Made by a program: the position numbers and the translations under genes | Part shown: in pieces, positions 62,588-64,000 of the stretch | Layout of the letters: each line of letters opens with the position of its first letter | Numbering within the stretch: the stretch's first letter is position 1 | Notes under the pieces: model-generated | The model's input: the letters and a program-made list of their open reading frames with translations, nothing else | Told to the model about the DNA's origin: nothing | Databases searched by the model: none | Assembly: GCA_028534125.1 (NCBI GenBank) | Contig: CM052817.1 | Span: 9,178,001 to 9,242,000 of the forward strand | Source of the DNA: Lama glama | Taxonomy: Eukaryota | Reading direction: 5' to 3' | DNA length: 64,000 nucleotides

Positions 62588-64000
62588 ATGCGGGACTTCG
62601 GGTTTGGGGTGCAGCAGACAGCCCCGCTCAGAAGCAGCAGCCCTGGGTCCCTGTTCAGCGGCGGGACATACCGTCCCCACGCCGCGGGACTCGCCACGGC
62701 CGCCGCCCCACTGCCCTCCGCCACGCCCTTCGGCCGGCTCTCGCCGCCGCCGTTGCCTGTCACCGGCATCTCGGAGGCCGCCTCCCCCTTCTCTATCCCC
62801 CTCGGCTGCGGCGGCGCGGACAGCCCGGCCGCAGCCGCTTCCTCTTCCTCCCCGTTCCTGGCGCATCAGCAGACCATGCAGGATGAGCTGCTGCTGGGGC
62901 TGACACAGCAGCCGGCGCGGCCGCTCTCGGGGGCGGCGGCCGCGGAGAAACTCCCCAACCACCACCCCGGCGGCGGCACGAACGCGGGTGTGACCCACCT
63001 CCTCCCCTCCCAGGACTTCAAACCGAGTCTGCACCACCCCTCCTCCTCCTCCGCCTCCTCCTGCTGCTGCTGCCGCACCTCCTCCCCGCAGGACTTCAGT
63101 AAGCGGCAGCAGCAGCAGCTGAGCAGCCAGAAGAGGAAAGAGTTCAGCCCTCCCCACCTTCCCCACCCTTCGGACTCGAAGCCTCCACCGCCGCCGCTCC
63201 ACTGCCCCGGCCGGTTCAGCCCGCCTCCGCCGCCGCCCGGCCCTCTCCTCCAGCCGGCGCAGCTCGTCCAGCGCCAGCAGCAGCAACAGCAGCACCAGCA
63301 GCAGTTCAGCCTCCCGCACCCGCAGCACCTCCCACCGCAGGACTTCGCCCCGCGGCAGCTCCCGGCCGACCTGCCCCCGCTCCGGCAGCTCCAGCCTTCG
63401 CCGCCCTCAGCGCCGCGGCGCCGCCACGGAGGGGCGGGCAGCCCTCGCAAGACCCCGGCCGCGGGCGAGGGCAGCGCCGCCGAGCCCCCCAATGCGGGCT
63501 TGGCCCCCTCGACGCCGCCGGTGAACCCCGCGCCGGGCTCTATGGAGTCCCCCAACCACCCTCTGCTCAACAGCCCCAGTAACCTTCTGCCCGGCGGGGC
63601 GCTCGGCGCGGGCGCCTTCAGCAGCCTGCAGAGCCCAGACCTTCCGCACCCGGGCGGCGGCGGCGGCGGGGGCGGGGGGCCCCCCGGAGGCGGAGGGGGA
63701 GGCGGCTCCGCGTCGCCGCCGCCGCCGCCGCTGCCCGGCTTCGGCACCCCCTGGTCGGTGCAGACCGCGTCGCCGCCTCCCCAGCCCCAGCCCCAGCCGC
63801 CGCCGCCGCCCCAGCAGCAGCCGCCGCCTCCGCCCCAGCAGCCGCCGCAGCCGCAGCCGCCGCAGCCGGGCTCGTCGGCCGCCACCCCGGGTGGCGGCGG
63901 CGGCGGCGGCGGCGGCGGCTCGCTCAGCGCCATGCCGCCGCCCAGCCCCGATTCGGAGAACGGCTTCTACCCGGGGCTGCCGTCTTCCATGAACCCTGCC
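62588..64000 (+). CDS. CPEB2: Cytoplasmic polyadenylation element-binding protein 2, first coding exon (partial, runs off the window); low-complexity N-terminal region
   Basis: 471 uninterrupted codons from ATG 62588: MRDFGFGVQQTAPLRSSSPG...FLAHQQTMQDELLLGLTQQPARPLSG...SSSSASSCCCCRTSSPQDFSKRQQQQLSSQKRKEFSPPHLPHP...MESPNHPLLNSPSNLLPGG...SLSAMPPPSPDSENGFYPGLPSSMNPA. This matches the mammalian CPEB2 N-terminus as I recall it. In-frame TGA TAA lies directly before the ATG. Confidence 0.97.
   Translation, partial: MRDFGFGVQQTAPLRSSSPGSLFSGGTYRPHAAGLATAAAPLPSATPFGRLSPPPLPVTGISEAASPFSIPLGCGGADSPAAAASSSSPFLAHQQTMQDELLLGLTQQPARPLSGAAAAEKLPNHHPGGGTNAGVTHLLPSQDFKPSLHHPSSSSASSCCCCRTSSPQDFSKRQQQQLSSQKRKEFSPPHLPHPSDSKPPPPPLHCPGRFSPPPPPPGPLLQPAQLVQRQQQQQQHQQQFSLPHPQHLPPQDFAPRQLPADLPPLRQLQPSPPSAPRRRHGGAGSPRKTPAAGEGSAAEPPNAGLAPSTPPVNPAPGSMESPNHPLLNSPSNLLPGGALGAGAFSSLQSPDLPHPGGGGGGGGGPPGGGGGGGSASPPPPPLPGFGTPWSVQTASPPPQPQPQPPPPPQQQPPPPPQQPPQPQPPQPGSSAATPGGGGGGGGGGSLSAMPPPSPDSENGFYPGLPSSMNPA
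63890..63919 (+). repeat. Coding GGT(GGC)9 repeat encoding Gly10 in CPEB2
   Basis: Nine pure GGC units at 63893-63919, in frame with ATG 62588. Confidence 0.95.

Larger units (their letters stand above)
61500..64000. promoter_or_regulatory. CpG island covering the CPEB2 promoter, 5' UTR and exon 1
   Basis: Sharp change from AT-rich, CpG-depleted DNA to very GC- and CpG-rich sequence near 61.5 kb, continuing to the window end. Confidence 0.95.

Noticed and set aside
62534..63933. Long minus-strand ORFs (355 aa at 62866-63933 and 264 aa at 62534-63328)
   Set aside because: Antisense shadows of the GC-rich, triplet-repetitive CPEB2 exon; low-complexity translations with no recognisable domain.
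1..64000. CRISPR arrays, operons or a prokaryote-style novel system
   Set aside because: The window is mammalian; there are no regularly spaced repeat-spacer arrays and no gene-dense region.

Overview
Mammalian genomic DNA, very probably camelid (alpaca or camel), inferred from a tRNA-Ala-derived SINE and a young L1 3' end typical of that lineage. About 61 kb is repeat-rich intergenic sequence (L1, L2, MIR, L3/CR1, MLT1/MLT2/ERVL LTRs, hAT and Tc/mariner MITEs) with a full-length U6 snRNA pseudogene and a 500-N gap that looks like an artefact. The last ~2.5 kb is a CpG-island promoter and the first coding exon of CPEB2 (+ strand, ATG at 62588, open to the window end). The supplied ORF track misses this CDS because it has no stop in the window. 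I found no new multi-gene system. The best leads are: a pre-miRNA-like hairpin apparently made by template switching inside a MER58A element; a polyadenylated LTR-like RNA fragment retroposed with target-site duplications (TSDs); a doubly truncated 79-bp L1 insertion; an inverted duplication inside an old L1; a possible U6 chimera; and a layered start-codon and repeat architecture in CPEB2 exon 1. Repeat family names come from recalled consensus sequences, not a database search, and repeat boundaries are approximate.
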